From: Bacilli bacterium
GTDB taxonomy: Bacteria > Bacillota_I > Bacilli_A > RFN20 > CAG-826
Reading direction: 5' to 3'
NCBI GenBank assembly: GCA_049419605.1
Contig: JBMSKF010000006.1
Coordinates: 1 to 60,422 of the forward strand
DNA length: 60,422 bases
In this document: positions 8,532 through 18,009 of the stretch, piece by piece
Numbering within the stretch: position 1 is the first letter of the stretch
How the letters are laid out: the number at the start of each line of letters is the position of its first letter
The notes under the pieces: generated by a model
What the model was told of the DNA's origin: nothing
The model's input: the letters and a program-made list of their open reading frames with translations, nothing else
The model's database searches: none
Made by a program: the position numbers and the translations under genes

Positions 8532-10718
8532 ATGAATATTTTAATTATTGTCGAATCTCCCACGAAGGAAAAGAGCTTTGCCAAATATCTAAAAGACCAA
8601 AAAGACAAATATATTATTACGTCGAGTAAGGGCCATATTCGTGATCTTGCCACATCAGGAAAAGGTGGTTTAGGGGTTGATATTGAAAATGGATTTAAAC
8701 CCACTTATCGTATTTCTCGTAAACAAGATAAAGATAAAGTTGTCAAAGAATTAGAGTCTGCAGTTAAGAAAGCGGATAAGGTTATTCTTGCTACCGATCC
8801 TGATCGCGAAGGTGAATCGATCGCTTGGCATTTAGCGGACACGTTAAAACTAGATGTGGAAAAAACAGAACGGATAGAATTCTTTGAAATTACCAAAGAA
8901 AAAATATTAGCCGCCTTGCAAAATCCTCGAAAGATTAACATGGATATGGTGCAATCCCAAGAAGCAAGACGGATTTTGGATCGCATTGTTGGATTCATGT
9001 TATCTAAAATTCTCAATAAAAAAGTTCACGCTCCAGCAGGAGGTCGTGTTCAGTCTGTTGCCTTGCGTTTTGTGATTGAAAGAGAAATGGAAGTCCTTGC
9101 CTTCAATCCGCAAACCTACTTTACGATTGAAACCGAACTCACTACATCGAAACAACCTTTACCTTTAGAATTAATCGCATTTCAAAACCAATCCTTAAAA
9201 AATACAGATGATAAAACCGATCCAAATGGATATCGGAAGATCATACCATTAGCAACCGAATCCATTGCAAAAAGCTATCTTGAAAAATTACCTCAAGAAG
9301 TAACGCTTAAAGAAGTCGTGATTACTTCTAAGAAAAAGGAATCAAAAGCAGCCTTCCGAACTTCCACACTCCAACAAGAAGCAAGTAGTCATAAGGATTT
9401 AAGATTCTCTCCGCAAAAAACTCAATCAGTTGCACAGTCCCTATATGAAGGGGTTTCAATCGGTGAGGAAACGGTGGGTTTAATCACTTATATTCGTACG
9501 GATTCAGATCGACTTTCTGATGCATTCGTTAATGAAGCTTCTGATTTTATTTCAAAAACTTATGGTCCTGAATACCTCTCTGATAAACCAAAAGCAAAAA
9601 CTGCCATCTTGCAAAGCCAAGATGCCCATGAAGCGATTCGCCCTACTTCATTATCACGTACCCCTGAAATGATGTCGCCCTATCTTGACCCTGACCAACT
9701 CAAACTGTATCGGTTAATTTATGCACGAGCAGTTGCCTCACTCATGACTGCTAAGAAATATGATGTGACGACTTACACATTCCAAGGTGGAGACTTCACC
9801 TTTAAAGCCCAAGGTTCTGTGGTGACCTTTGAAGGTTATACCAAAGCTTATCCAGTTATTGAAGAAGATGAAGGTAGCCAATTACCACAATTATTTAAAG
9901 GGCAAAATTTTCCCCTTGTTTTTAAAGAATTGAAATCACACACCACCTCAGGTCCTTCTCGATATTCTGAAGCTAAATTAATTCAAGAAATGGAATATCG
10001 TGGGATTGGTAGGCCTTCTACGTATGCTGCTACGATTTCTAGATTAAAAGATCACCATTATGTAAGTGTAAAAAATCATACGCTCTATCCGAATCCTGAA
10101 GCCCATGCTGCGATGAAATATTTGATGACGTATTTCCAATATTTAGTCAACCCAACTTATACTTCAGAGATGGAATTAAAACTTGATGAAGTCAAAGATG
10201 GTGAAGTCACCCGCATCGATTTGTTAAATGATTTTTATCAACACTTCAAAGAACAATATGATAAAGCAGGTGATTTACCAAAAGATGATCCCGCGCTCCA
10301 CTTTTATGGAAGTTGTCCGAAATGTTTAGAAAATAATCGACAAGGGACAATCATTCCCCGTCGATCTAGATTTGGCGTGTTTTTAGGTTGTGATCAATAT
10401 CCGACTTGTGATTTTGTCTCTAATGATGTTCCGTTACCTTGGGAAAAAGAAAATCCAAGCGAAAAAGAAGATGAAGATGAAAATGGTAAAGCTGTTTTCA
10501 AATCTACAAAAATTCCTGCAGAACCGATAGGCAAGGATTGCCCAAAATGTGGAAAGCCTTTAATGAAACGCTTTGCCAAACGTGGCGGTCGACCCTTTGT
10601 AGGTTGCTCGGGTTACCCTAACTGTAAGCATCTAGAAAATTTAGATGGCACAGAAATCATTCTTAAAGAACGACCCAATAAAAAATTCGCCAAAACGAAA
10701 AAGACGAAAAAAGCTTAA
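8532..10718 (+). CDS. topA: DNA topoisomerase I
   Basis: Toprim (IVESPTK, ATDPDREGE), GRVQS, catalytic LITYIRTDS, GIGRPSTYA and two C-terminal Zn ribbons. Confidence 0.98.
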   Translation: MNILIIVESPTKEKSFAKYLKDQKDKYIITSSKGHIRDLATSGKGGLGVDIENGFKPTYRISRKQDKDKVVKELESAVKKADKVILATDPDREGESIAWHLADTLKLDVEKTERIEFFEITKEKILAALQNPRKINMDMVQSQEARRILDRIVGFMLSKILNKKVHAPAGGRVQSVALRFVIEREMEVLAFNPQTYFTIETELTTSKQPLPLELIAFQNQSLKNTDDKTDPNGYRKIIPLATESIAKSYLEKLPQEVTLKEVVITSKKKESKAAFRTSTLQQEASSHKDLRFSPQKTQSVAQSLYEGVSIGEETVGLITYIRTDSDRLSDAFVNEASDFISKTYGPEYLSDKPKAKTAILQSQDAHEAIRPTSLSRTPEMMSPYLDPDQLKLYRLIYARAVASLMTAKKYDVTTYTFQGGDFTFKAQGSVVTFEGYTKAYPVIEEDEGSQLPQLFKGQNFPLVFKELKSHTTSGPSRYSEAKLIQEMEYRGIGRPSTYAATISRLKDHHYVSVKNHTLYPNPEAHAAMKYLMTYFQYLVNPTYTSEMELKLDEVKDGEVTRIDLLNDFYQHFKEQYDKAGDLPKDDPALHFYGSCPKCLENNRQGTIIPRRSRFGVFLGCDQYPTCDFVSNDVPLPWEKENPSEKEDEDENGKAVFKSTKIPAEPIGKDCPKCGKPLMKRFAKRGGRPFVGCSGYPNCKHLENLDGTEIILKERPNKKFAKTKKTKKA

Positions 10719-10735
10719 TCATCTATAATAAAGTT

Positions 10736-11647
10736 GTGAATCAACCGATCCAAAACTTTTTAGAATATTTAACGCATACGCGTCAATTTTCTCCGCAGAC
10801 CGTGAAAGCGTATCAACATGATTTAGAAATTTATTTTCGTTATCTTTTTCAACAATCATGGTTGTTTGATCGTGTTCAGTTAAAAGAAGCGCGAGCATAT
10901 TTAGTTGATCAAATCCAACAAGATTTACATCCTAAAACGTTAAAGAGACGGGTCGCAACTCTCAAACATTTTTATCAATATTATGTTGAAGAAGGTTTGA
11001 TCAGCATCAACCCCTTTGCCTTAGTTCGCACCCCTAAAATTGCCAAAACTTTACCAAGAACCATTGATGAGCCGCAAGTCCAACAAGTCTTGCATCATCC
11101 CTTAGAATCCTCTTCACAATTGATGATAAGGGATTTAGCATTGGTTGAACTTTTATATGGGTCTGGATTACGGGCAAGTGAAGTGGTCAATCTTACTATT
11201 CAGGATGTAAATTTACCTCAACGAATATTACGTATTCTTGGAAAAGGGAATAAACAAAGATTAGTTCCCATTACTAAACCTTGCCAACAAAGTCTTTCGC
11301 TTTATCTTAAGGATGTTCGCCCTATTTTAATTAAGGCAATTGACGCTAGCCAGCTCACCAATCATGTTTTTTTAAATCATCATGGACAAAAACTCACAGT
11401 AAGGGGATTGGAGTATATCCTTTCCCAATTAGCGAAACGATCGGGGATTGCCCTTCATCTTCATCCACATCAGCTCAGACATACCTTTGCCACTCAACTC
11501 CTTGATAATGGAGCTGATTTGAGGACCATTCAGGAGTTACTGGGACATGCTTCCATTAATACCACTCAAATTTATACCCATGTATCCAGAGAGGCCTTGC
11601 AGAAAGAATATCGGGCCGCTCATCCTCGAGCCTTAAAAAAGAAGTAA
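10736..11647 (+). CDS. xerC: Tyrosine recombinase XerC/CodV
   Basis: LLYGSGLRASE, GKGNKQR, HPHQLRHTFAT and LLGHASINTTQIYTHV. Canonical position after topA. Confidence 0.9.
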   Translation: MNQPIQNFLEYLTHTRQFSPQTVKAYQHDLEIYFRYLFQQSWLFDRVQLKEARAYLVDQIQQDLHPKTLKRRVATLKHFYQYYVEEGLISINPFALVRTPKIAKTLPRTIDEPQVQQVLHHPLESSSQLMIRDLALVELLYGSGLRASEVVNLTIQDVNLPQRILRILGKGNKQRLVPITKPCQQSLSLYLKDVRPILIKAIDASQLTNHVFLNHHGQKLTVRGLEYILSQLAKRSGIALHLHPHQLRHTFATQLLDNGADLRTIQELLGHASINTTQIYTHVSREALQKEYRAAHPRALKKK

Positions 11648-11654
11648 TCTTTAT

Positions 11655-11682
11655 TTGATATTCAACTAAATTGTGCTAAAAT
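11655..11682 (+). promoter_or_regulatory. SigA promoter of rpsB-tsf
   Basis: TTGATA-16 nt-TAAAAT with an extended -10 TGn. Confidence 0.65.
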
Positions 11683-11684
11683 AA

Positions 11685-11792
11685 CCCTGCTCTAGCGAAA
11701 GTTAGGGACAACACACATCATGAATTCAACTACCATGTCTAACTACGGTTAGGGTGGTTGTCCGAAGTGGTGGAGGCAAAACAAATAGGAGG
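11685..11792 (+). ncRNA. Structured rpsB (S2) leader, probable autoregulatory element
   Basis: CTAGC-GAAA-GTTAG hairpin, then ACACAC (11711-16), then a CAACTACC/GGTGGTTG stem capped by a c(TACG)g hairpin, then GGAGG (11772-76). Resembles Bacillota rpsB leaders. Confidence 0.6.
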
Positions 11793-11800
11793 TTTCACCG

Positions 11801-12850
11801 ATGAGTGAACAAAAAAAGGAAGGCGTTTTACCTGCGGTCAATAGCACCGAAAACAAAGACGCAATGGCTGATGTCGTACGTTCTTCTACTGAACCGATTA
11901 TCTCGATGAAAAAGCTTGCTGCTGCTGGGGTCCAATATGGTCACCAAATGCGGAAGTGGAATCCAAAAATGGCAAAGTATATCTATACTTCTGACCGTGG
12001 GATTTACATCGTTGACTTAAAAAAGACTGTTACCAAGATTGAAGAAGCTTATAACAAATTAAAAGAAATTGTCACCAATAAAGGCACTGTTTTATTTGTT
12101 GGTACCAAAAAACAAATTCAAGTTGTCATTAAAGAAGAAGCTTTACGTTCTGGCTCCTTCTATATTAATACCCGTTGGTTAGGTGGAACCTTAACGAATT
12201 TCCGCACCATTTTGGGTCGTATCCGTTACTTAAAAGATTTAGAAGCTCAAGAAACCAATGGCACTTTGGATTTATTACCAAAGAAGGAAGCCAATGGTCT
12301 TCGTAAGATGAAAGAAAAGCTTTTAAAGAACCTAGAAGGTATTAAAGAAATTCGTGGTTTACCCAAAGCGGTCTTTGTTGTTGATCCTACCATTGACCAC
12401 AACGCTGTTGCCGAAGCTCGTAAATTAAACATCCCTGTTTTTGGTATCACTGATACTAACTGTGATCCAGACTTAGTGGATTACCCAATTCCTGGTAACG
12501 ATGATGCGATTGGTTCAGTACGTTTGATCGTTCAAACGATTGCTGACGCAATTGTTGAAGCCAAGGGTGGTGTGACCGTGGTTGCCTACACGAAGGATGA
12601 AGATTTTATTGCTAAAATCGCAGCCTTAAAAGAAGCAACCAAACCCCAAGAAAGGACCTATAGTCCTCGACCAGATTATCGCCCTAATACATCAGCGCCA
12701 GTGACCTCAACGCCATCGGCACCCACCGCTCCAGCAAGTAAACCTGCTCCAACTCCAGTTGCGACGGAAGCCCCAGTTGCATCAGCTCCAGTAGTTGAGA
12801 AGAAACCTCGTGCCCCTCGCAAGCCAAAAATTGAAGCGAAGGAAGAATAA
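11801..12850 (+). CDS. rpsB: 30S ribosomal protein S2 with N- and C-terminal extensions
   Basis: [23 protein letters not shown] and [17 protein letters not shown] motifs. Confidence 0.98.
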   Translation: MSEQKKEGVLPAVNSTENKDAMADVVRSSTEPIISMKKLAAAGVQYGHQMRKWNPKMAKYIYTSDRGIYIVDLKKTVTKIEEAYNKLKEIVTNKGTVLFVGTKKQIQVVIKEEALRSGSFYINTRWLGGTLTNFRTILGRIRYLKDLEAQETNGTLDLLPKKEANGLRKMKEKLLKNLEGIKEIRGLPKAVFVVDPTIDHNAVAEARKLNIPVFGITDTNCDPDLVDYPIPGNDDAIGSVRLIVQTIADAIVEAKGGVTVVAYTKDEDFIAKIAALKEATKPQERTYSPRPDYRPNTSAPVTSTPSAPTAPASKPAPTPVATEAPVASAPVVEKKPRAPRKPKIEAKEE

Positions 12851-12852
12851 AC

Positions 12853-13731
12853 ATGGCCGACATAATCGCGTTAATTAAAGAATTAAGAGAACGCACCGGT
12901 GCCGGGATGATGGACTGCAAAAAAGCTTTATTAGAATCCAATATGGATGTCGAAAAGGCTCAAGCATGGCTTCATGAAAAAGGTGTTTTAAAAGCTGCAA
13001 AGAAAGCTGATCGTGTTGCTGCGGAAGGATTATCTTTTGTGTTTATTGAAGGCCAACAAGGTTTGCTCCTTGAAGTAAACTGCGAAACAGATTTCGTTTC
13101 TCGTGGTGATGCCTTTCGTAAACTGGTCAATGATACCGCTGCCATTTTACTTAAGCAAAAACCTGCAACATTAGAACAAGCAAATGCGTTAACTGCTAAT
13201 TTATTTACGGAAGCAACCGTGAAAATTGGTGAAAAGTTATCATTAAGAAGATTCTCATTATTATCAAAGCAATCGCAACAATTCTTTGGACAATACGTCC
13301 ATATGAATGGCGTTGTTTCTTCGCTTGTTGTTGTCGATGGCGGTTCCCAAGCCTTTGCCGATCAACTTGCCATGCACATCACGGATCGCAATCCTTTATA
13401 TCCAAGTTTAGCGGCTGTTCCAGCGAATTTAATTCAACAAGAAACGACTAAACAACAAGCATTAGTGAAAGAAGATCCAAAATACGCGAACAAACCTGAA
13501 GCCATCTTATCCAAGATTGTTGAAGGGAAAGTGAATACGTTATTTAAAGAATCATCCTTAGATATGCAACCCTTCATGTTTGCAGAAAATGAAGAACCTA
13601 CTAAAGTCTTCCTTGAAAAGCATCAAGCGAAAGTCCTACAATTCGCCCGATACAAAGTTGGCGAAGGTATTGAGAAAAAAGTTGTCGATTTCGCAAGTGA
13701 AGTCATGTCTCAAGTAAAAAACACTCACTAA
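12853..13731 (+). CDS. tsf: Elongation factor Ts
   Basis: IKELRERTGAGMMDCKKAL and EVNCETDFV motifs. Confidence 0.98.
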   Translation: MADIIALIKELRERTGAGMMDCKKALLESNMDVEKAQAWLHEKGVLKAAKKADRVAAEGLSFVFIEGQQGLLLEVNCETDFVSRGDAFRKLVNDTAAILLKQKPATLEQANALTANLFTEATVKIGEKLSLRRFSLLSKQSQQFFGQYVHMNGVVSSLVVVDGGSQAFADQLAMHITDRNPLYPSLAAVPANLIQQETTKQQALVKEDPKYANKPEAILSKIVEGKVNTLFKESSLDMQPFMFAENEEPTKVFLEKHQAKVLQFARYKVGEGIEKKVVDFASEVMSQVKNTH

Positions 13732-13743
13732 GAGTGTTTTTTT
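13716..13743 (+). terminator. Rho-independent terminator overlapping the tsf stop
   Basis: AAAAAACACTC-ACTAA-GAGTGTTTTTTT. Confidence 0.8.
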
Positions 13744-13762
13744 CTCATATAATGGAGGAAAT

Positions 13763-14476
13763 ATGAAACGAATCGTCATCAAGTTATCAGGGGAAGCCCT
13801 TGCAGACACCAAAGAAAAAACCATTTTAGAGGCTTTGCATTTATCCACCGTTGCAAAAGCAATTAAAACCATTCAATCAAAAGGTTTGGAAGTTGCGGTT
13901 GTCATTGGTGCTGGTAATATTTGGCGCGGGAAACTTGCTAAATCGATTGGCATTGAATCCTCGACCGCAGATTACATGGGTATGTTAGGTACCATCATTA
14001 ATTCATTAGCCTTACAAAGTGCCTTAGAAAATGAAGGAGTCCAGTGCCGCGTTTTATCGTCCATCCATGTTGAACAAGTTGCAGAAAATTATATTCGTCG
14101 TCGCGCTATTCGCCATTTAGAGAAAGGGCGCGTGGTCATTTTTGCTGGGGGAACAGGAAGTCCTTATTTTTCCACCGATACTACCGCTTCATTAAGAGCG
14201 ATGGAAATTCATGCTGACACCATTTTTATGGCAAAAAACGGCGTAGCGGGGGTTTTTGATGCTGATCCTAAAACCAATGGTAATGCCAAATTAATTAAGC
14301 ATTTAACCTTTGATGAAATGCTAAATAAAAAACTTGCCGTGATGGACTTAACTGCAGTTTCATTAATCAAAGATTCTGCAATTGTGATTCGTGTCTTTGA
14401 TATGAAAGATACCCATAATCTGGTGAATGTCATTCAAGATGACTCTATCGGGACGACCATTAAAAAAGGAGTTTAA
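13763..14476 (+). CDS. pyrH: Uridylate kinase
   Basis: KLSGEAL, ADYMGMLGT and PYFSTDT motifs. Confidence 0.97.
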   Translation: MKRIVIKLSGEALADTKEKTILEALHLSTVAKAIKTIQSKGLEVAVVIGAGNIWRGKLAKSIGIESSTADYMGMLGTIINSLALQSALENEGVQCRVLSSIHVEQVAENYIRRRAIRHLEKGRVVIFAGGTGSPYFSTDTTASLRAMEIHADTIFMAKNGVAGVFDADPKTNGNAKLIKHLTFDEMLNKKLAVMDLTAVSLIKDSAIVIRVFDMKDTHNLVNVIQDDSIGTTIKKGV

Positions 14477-15025
14477 TTGAGCATGGAAGCATTAGCACTA
14501 GAAGCCAAAGCCGCGATGGAAAAAACTATCGTTGCCCTACAAGCCCAATTCAATACATTAAGAACTGGAAGAGCCAATGCCGCTTTATTAGATCGAGTGA
14601 TGGTGGATTATTATGGGGAACCTACTCCGATTAACCAAATAGCAAGTATTGCCGTTCCAGAACCAAGACAACTCTTAATCAAACCTTATGACAAAGGTGA
14701 TTTAAAGGCGATTGTTGAAGGCATCAATAAAGCAGAAATTGGGATTAATCCTATTGCTGAAGCTGATAGCATTCGTTTGGTCCTTCCTGCTTTAACAGAA
14801 GACCGTCGCAAAGACCTTGCCAAGCAAGCAAAGCGAATGGCGGATGAAGCTAAAGTTGCAATCAGAAATGTTCGTAAAGATTTTTTAGCACTCGTCACCG
14901 ATGATGAATATACAGAAGATTTAAAGAAGCGAATTGAAGGAGACATGACCAAGGTCCATGACCAAGTCATTGCCCAAATTGAAGCTTTATATTTAGGTAA
15001 AGAAAAAGAAATTTTAACGTTGTAG
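14477..15025 (+). CDS. frr: Ribosome recycling factor
   Basis: LRTGRAN, VDYYG.PTP, LTEDRRKDL and KVAIRNVR motifs. Confidence 0.97.
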   Translation: MSMEALALEAKAAMEKTIVALQAQFNTLRTGRANAALLDRVMVDYYGEPTPINQIASIAVPEPRQLLIKPYDKGDLKAIVEGINKAEIGINPIAEADSIRLVLPALTEDRRKDLAKQAKRMADEAKVAIRNVRKDFLALVTDDEYTEDLKKRIEGDMTKVHDQVIAQIEALYLGKEKEILTL

Positions 15026-15071
15026 TTTGGTTTCAATTCAACTCAATGGGGGGAAGTTGTATAATTTACTT

Positions 15072-15797
15072 ATGCCTAAAAATTTAAGCAATCAACAAGT
15101 ATCATCCTTGCAACATCTTGCGATCATTATGGATGGAAACGGTCGTTGGGCCAAGGCAAAAGGTTTACCACGTTTACGGGGTCATCAAGAAGGCGCAAAA
15201 CGGGTCATGGAACTTGCTCAATCTCTTAAAAAGTTAAACATTCCATATTTATCTTTATTTGCTTTTTCAACGGAAAATTGGAAAAGACCCATTACTGAAG
15301 TCAATGGATTATTTAAACTACTGAATGAATTTGTGCAAAACCATTTAAAAACCTTACATGAAGATCAAGTAAGATTGATCATTTCCGGCGAGTTAGAAGC
15401 CTTACCGACCTTAACAAAAACGTTGCTTACCCATGCGATTGAGGCCACTCAACATTATCGAAAATATACTTTAAATATTTGCGTCAATTATGGCGGACAG
15501 GATGAAATTGTTCGTGCCTCTAAAAGAGCAATGTATGCGATTGAAAAAGGAACAATAAGCGAAAAGGATTTGACACCAGCATCCTTTCATCAATTCCTTG
15601 ATGCACCCACCTTACCTCCCATTGATTGCGTTGTGAGAACTTCTGGAGAAGAAAGAATATCCAATTTCATGTTATTTCAACTCGCCTATGCAGAATTAAT
15701 TTTTGTCAGCAAAACATGGCCAGAATTTACTGAAAAAGAATTAATGAAAGTTATCAAAATCTTTGGTGAAAGAAAAAGAAGATTTGGACAAGTATGA
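15072..15797 (+). CDS. uppS: Undecaprenyl/polyprenyl diphosphate synthase
   Basis: HLAIIMDGNGRWA, FAFSTENWKRP and RTSGEERISNFML motifs. Confidence 0.96.
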   Translation: MPKNLSNQQVSSLQHLAIIMDGNGRWAKAKGLPRLRGHQEGAKRVMELAQSLKKLNIPYLSLFAFSTENWKRPITEVNGLFKLLNEFVQNHLKTLHEDQVRLIISGELEALPTLTKTLLTHAIEATQHYRKYTLNICVNYGGQDEIVRASKRAMYAIEKGTISEKDLTPASFHQFLDAPTLPPIDCVVRTSGEERISNFMLFQLAYAELIFVSKTWPEFTEKELMKVIKIFGERKRRFGQV

Positions 15798-16762
15798 ATC
15801 AAGTTCAACCTGAATTTCAAAAACGATTTTCTAACCGGGTTATCGTTGCCCTGATTCTTGCAGCAATCGCCATCCCTTCTATTGTTGTGGGTGGTTGGTT
15901 CATCATCATTTTTGCCCTTATTGGACTATTATTTGCAACGCAAGAAATGCTAAATGTGAAGGTAGATTCCACTTATCCATTACCTATTCGTATTTTTGTT
16001 TATTTGATGATGGTGATGATGATTTATTATGTGTTTATTTATAATAATTTTATTTCCGTAGGGTTTGATTTTTCCCAATGGTCATTTGCAACGGGTTTGA
16101 ATAAACTCGAACTGCCGACGTTGATCTTAACCATTTTAGCGTTGACGTTATTTTTATCTTCCATCACGGATGTCCGATTCAAAGTACCTGATGCCACTTA
16201 TTTAATCACGATGTCATTAATGTTATCCCTGAGTTTCCAATCCTTTCTCTTTTTAAGATTTTTTCCAGATTTTATTTTTGCAGATGTATCCAGAACGTTG
16301 ATTGAAAATTCACTCCTATTACTATATGCAGGTATCGGCACTTTTAGTACGGATATCGGCGCATATATGATTGGTACGTTTTTTGGGCGGCACAAAATGA
16401 ATGTACGCGTTTCTAAAAATAAAACTTGGGAAGGTTTTGTTGGTGGCCTCATCAGTTCCTTTATTGTTTCAATATCGTTTGCCATCATCGCCGATGCTTT
16501 AGGAAGTCCATTATTGCCGTTCTTAACGATTGATGAATGGTATTGGCTAGTCTTATTGTCCATCAGCATGCCATTGGTTGCGACTTTAGGAGATTTTACT
16601 TTTTCTTTAATTAAACGTGAATTCGGCATTAAAAACTTTTCCAATATGTTAGGAGAACATGGTGGCATTTTAGACCGTGTAGATTCTTTTTCGATGGTCG
16701 TTCTCGTTGTGACCTTAATTATTTCTTTTATTTTTGATTTCGTTCAAACTTTACCGATTTAA
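15794..16762 (+). CDS. cdsA: Phosphatidate cytidylyltransferase
   Basis: DIGAY..G..FGRHK, SKNKTWEG, KREFGIKN and HGGILDRVDS motifs. Confidence 0.95.
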   Translation: MNQVQPEFQKRFSNRVIVALILAAIAIPSIVVGGWFIIIFALIGLLFATQEMLNVKVDSTYPLPIRIFVYLMMVMMIYYVFIYNNFISVGFDFSQWSFATGLNKLELPTLILTILALTLFLSSITDVRFKVPDATYLITMSLMLSLSFQSFLFLRFFPDFIFADVSRTLIENSLLLLYAGIGTFSTDIGAYMIGTFFGRHKMNVRVSKNKTWEGFVGGLISSFIVSISFAIIADALGSPLLPFLTIDEWYWLVLLSISMPLVATLGDFTFSLIKREFGIKNFSNMLGEHGGILDRVDSFSMVVLVVTLIISFIFDFVQTLPI

Positions 16763-16826
16763 CTTCACCTTACCTACATGATATTTGTTAAAATAAAAGG
16801 GTCTTTTTGTATCCAGGAGGTCACCG

Positions 16827-18008
16827 ATGCAGGCTATCATTTCTACCATACTATTTCTGATCTCTTTAGGGGTATTAATTTTAATTCATGAACTTGGCCA
16901 TTTTTTAGTGGCAAAAGCATTTGGCGTTTATGTCAAAGAGTTTTCAATTGGTTTTGGTCCTGTGCTCCTTTCTTGGAGCAAAGGTGAAACAAAATATTCT
17001 CTTAAAGCATTTCCATTAGGTGGCTATGTGGCCATGGTGGGAGAAGAAGTTGCAACCGAAGACCTTAAGATTCCTTTTGAAAGAAGTTTGTTGGGTATTT
17101 CTAAACCTAAACGAGCCATGGTGATGTCTGCAGGTATTATCCTGAATTTAGTGTTAGCCTTTGTTTTGTTTTTTGCTTCCAACTGGGGATTTACCCAACG
17201 CACATTGACGAATCAAATGGTAATTACTGAAACCTCCGTCGCTGCGGAAGCCGGTCTTGAAAATGGTCAGGTTCTGGTTTTCTCAAACTTAAATAATGGT
17301 TCAATTGTCGTTTCAACGAATGAAGGGTCCGCCAGTCATCGCTTGTATTTAAATGAATTTGAAACCTATGAAGATACACTTGATCAATTGCTAAAAATTG
17401 GGAACATCGTTGAAGGAACCTTTGTTCCATTTGTCATCGATTCAATTGAAGATTATGTAGAATTCCAATTACCGGTGAGAACGTATACGGATGCGACGAA
17501 TTTTACTGAAGCAAATGTTCTGATTCGATTAGATGCGATTGTCACGGATAGTGGTTATTCGTTAGAACCATTAGGGATTGGTTTTTTTGTCATCATGACT
17601 GACTACACATTTACAGAGGCAATTTCAGAAGCAGGTAGAGACTGGTGGCGTGGCGTCACCTTGATCATCAGTACGGTTGGTAATTTATTTCGTGGACAAA
17701 ACCTAGATCAAGTTGGTGGTATTGTGGCTATTTTCTCTACAACTTCTTCGATTCTAAATAATTTAGGCTTAGGTTCCTATATTTTTATTTGGGGATTAAT
17801 TTCCGTGAATTTAGCTGTCTTTAATTTGTTACCTTTCCCTGGATTAGATGGATGGCATTTATTGGTGATTACAATCGAAGGTCTATTTAAAAAAGAAATT
17901 CCTGCTTCTATTAAGAATTCAATTTCTTTGATTGGCTTTTTTATTCTTATGAGTTTAATGGTCTTTTTATTAATCAAAGATATTTTGGCATTAATATTGG
18001 TAATCTAA
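16827..18008 (+). CDS. rseP: RIP metalloprotease RseP (M50)
   Basis: HELGH, FSIGFGP, PLGGYV and FNLLPFPGLDG motifs. The PDZ region is degenerate. Confidence 0.93.
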   Translation: MQAIISTILFLISLGVLILIHELGHFLVAKAFGVYVKEFSIGFGPVLLSWSKGETKYSLKAFPLGGYVAMVGEEVATEDLKIPFERSLLGISKPKRAMVMSAGIILNLVLAFVLFFASNWGFTQRTLTNQMVITETSVAAEAGLENGQVLVFSNLNNGSIVVSTNEGSASHRLYLNEFETYEDTLDQLLKIGNIVEGTFVPFVIDSIEDYVEFQLPVRTYTDATNFTEANVLIRLDAIVTDSGYSLEPLGIGFFVIMTDYTFTEAISEAGRDWWRGVTLIISTVGNLFRGQNLDQVGGIVAIFSTTSSILNNLGLGSYIFIWGLISVNLAVFNLLPFPGLDGWHLLVITIEGLFKKEIPASIKNSISLIGFFILMSLMVFLLIKDILALILVI

Positions 18009-18009
18009 G

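Noticed and set aside
10736-11647. Tyrosine recombinase as a prophage/ICE integrase
   Set aside because: It is XerC-sized, in the canonical topA-xerC-rpsB position, with no mobile genes nearby.
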